Source: Catajapyx aquilonaris (Eukaryota). From it: 64,000 bases of DNA. Shown piece by piece: positions 63,363-64,000 of the stretch. The position numbers and the translations under genes are program-made. Numbering within the stretch: the first letter of the stretch is position 1; each line of letters starts with the position of its first letter. The stretch is taken from contig JYFJ02000982.1 of NCBI GenBank assembly GCA_000934665.2, positions 1 to 64,000 of the forward strand, given 5' to 3'. The notes under the pieces were generated by a model. It did not search any database, was not told the DNA's origin, and was given only the letters and a program-made list of their open reading frames with translations.

Positions 63363-64000
63363 ATGCCCATTGACTTCTACCATGCTTTGGGAAGCCCGCC
63401 TTGCTGCGCGGTGATGTTGACCGCCAAGGCTCTGGGTGTCGAGGTCAACATTAAGAAAATTGATTTCGAGACTAAGGATTACCTGAAGCCAGAATTCGTT
63501 AAGGTAAAATGTCCATGATATATGCACAGAGCATCCAGCGTCTAAATGAGTTGTCCTGCATTAACTGCTCAGTAATTTTCAGTGTCATAAATTGCTAATC
63601 ACTATTATAAACTAATAATAAAACACTTTATTTGTCCTGTCAGATCAACCCTCAGCATACTGTCCCGACCATAGTGGACGACGGATTCGCCTTGGCAGAA
63701 AGGTACGAGTTATACTTTTTAGTAGTTACACTTGCAGCAATGAGATGTCATGATACGAGTATTTCCGAGTATTTCATGTATTTCCAGCCGTGCAATCCAG
63801 GTGTACCTAGTGACCAAGTACGGCAAGGATGACACCCTGTACCCGAACGACGCCAAGAAGCGCGGTATTGTCGAGCACAGACTCAACTTTGACCTGGGCA
63901 CACTGTACCAGCGTTTAATGGACGTCTACGTAAGTACTCTACATGTAATCTAATTAGTAACTAATTCGTGTAAATGATATGTTTTCAGTACCCAGCAATG
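63363..64000 (+). CDS. GST Delta-class, unit 12 (runs off the window end)
   Basis: [19 protein letters not shown]..; exons 1-3 complete; exon 4 starts at 63989 (YPAM). Confidence 0.9.

Overview
Eukaryotic genomic DNA with short GT-AG introns. Delta-class GSTs and a divergent ionotropic receptor point to a pancrustacean (hexapod/crustacean) arthropod; I cannot name the species. Left part (4.4-22.6 kb): back-to-back intron-retaining pseudogene fragments of SEC63 (-) and prolyl 4-hydroxylase alpha (+), then a tandem array of four F-box/LRR genes (-), one of them a pseudogene. Right part (24.6-64 kb, all + strand): 12 Delta-class GST units interrupted by an ionotropic receptor gene, a ~1,546-aa ADAM17/10-like gene, and four secreted VWC-like/WAP-like Cys-rich genes. 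The most unusual observations are (1) an in-frame fusion of two complete GST genes into one ~440-aa ORF, (2) an ADAM whose HExxHxxGxxH motif is replaced by YYMARAMGAKDD and which carries ~1,000 aa of unfamiliar Cys-rich repeats, and (3) WAP-like domains that have all lost the Cys2/Cys7 pair. SINEs with target-site duplications, MITEs and near-perfect palindromes are scattered through the window. Gene models were assembled by hand from splice sites and reading phase; family assignments rest on remembered motifs, with no database searches.
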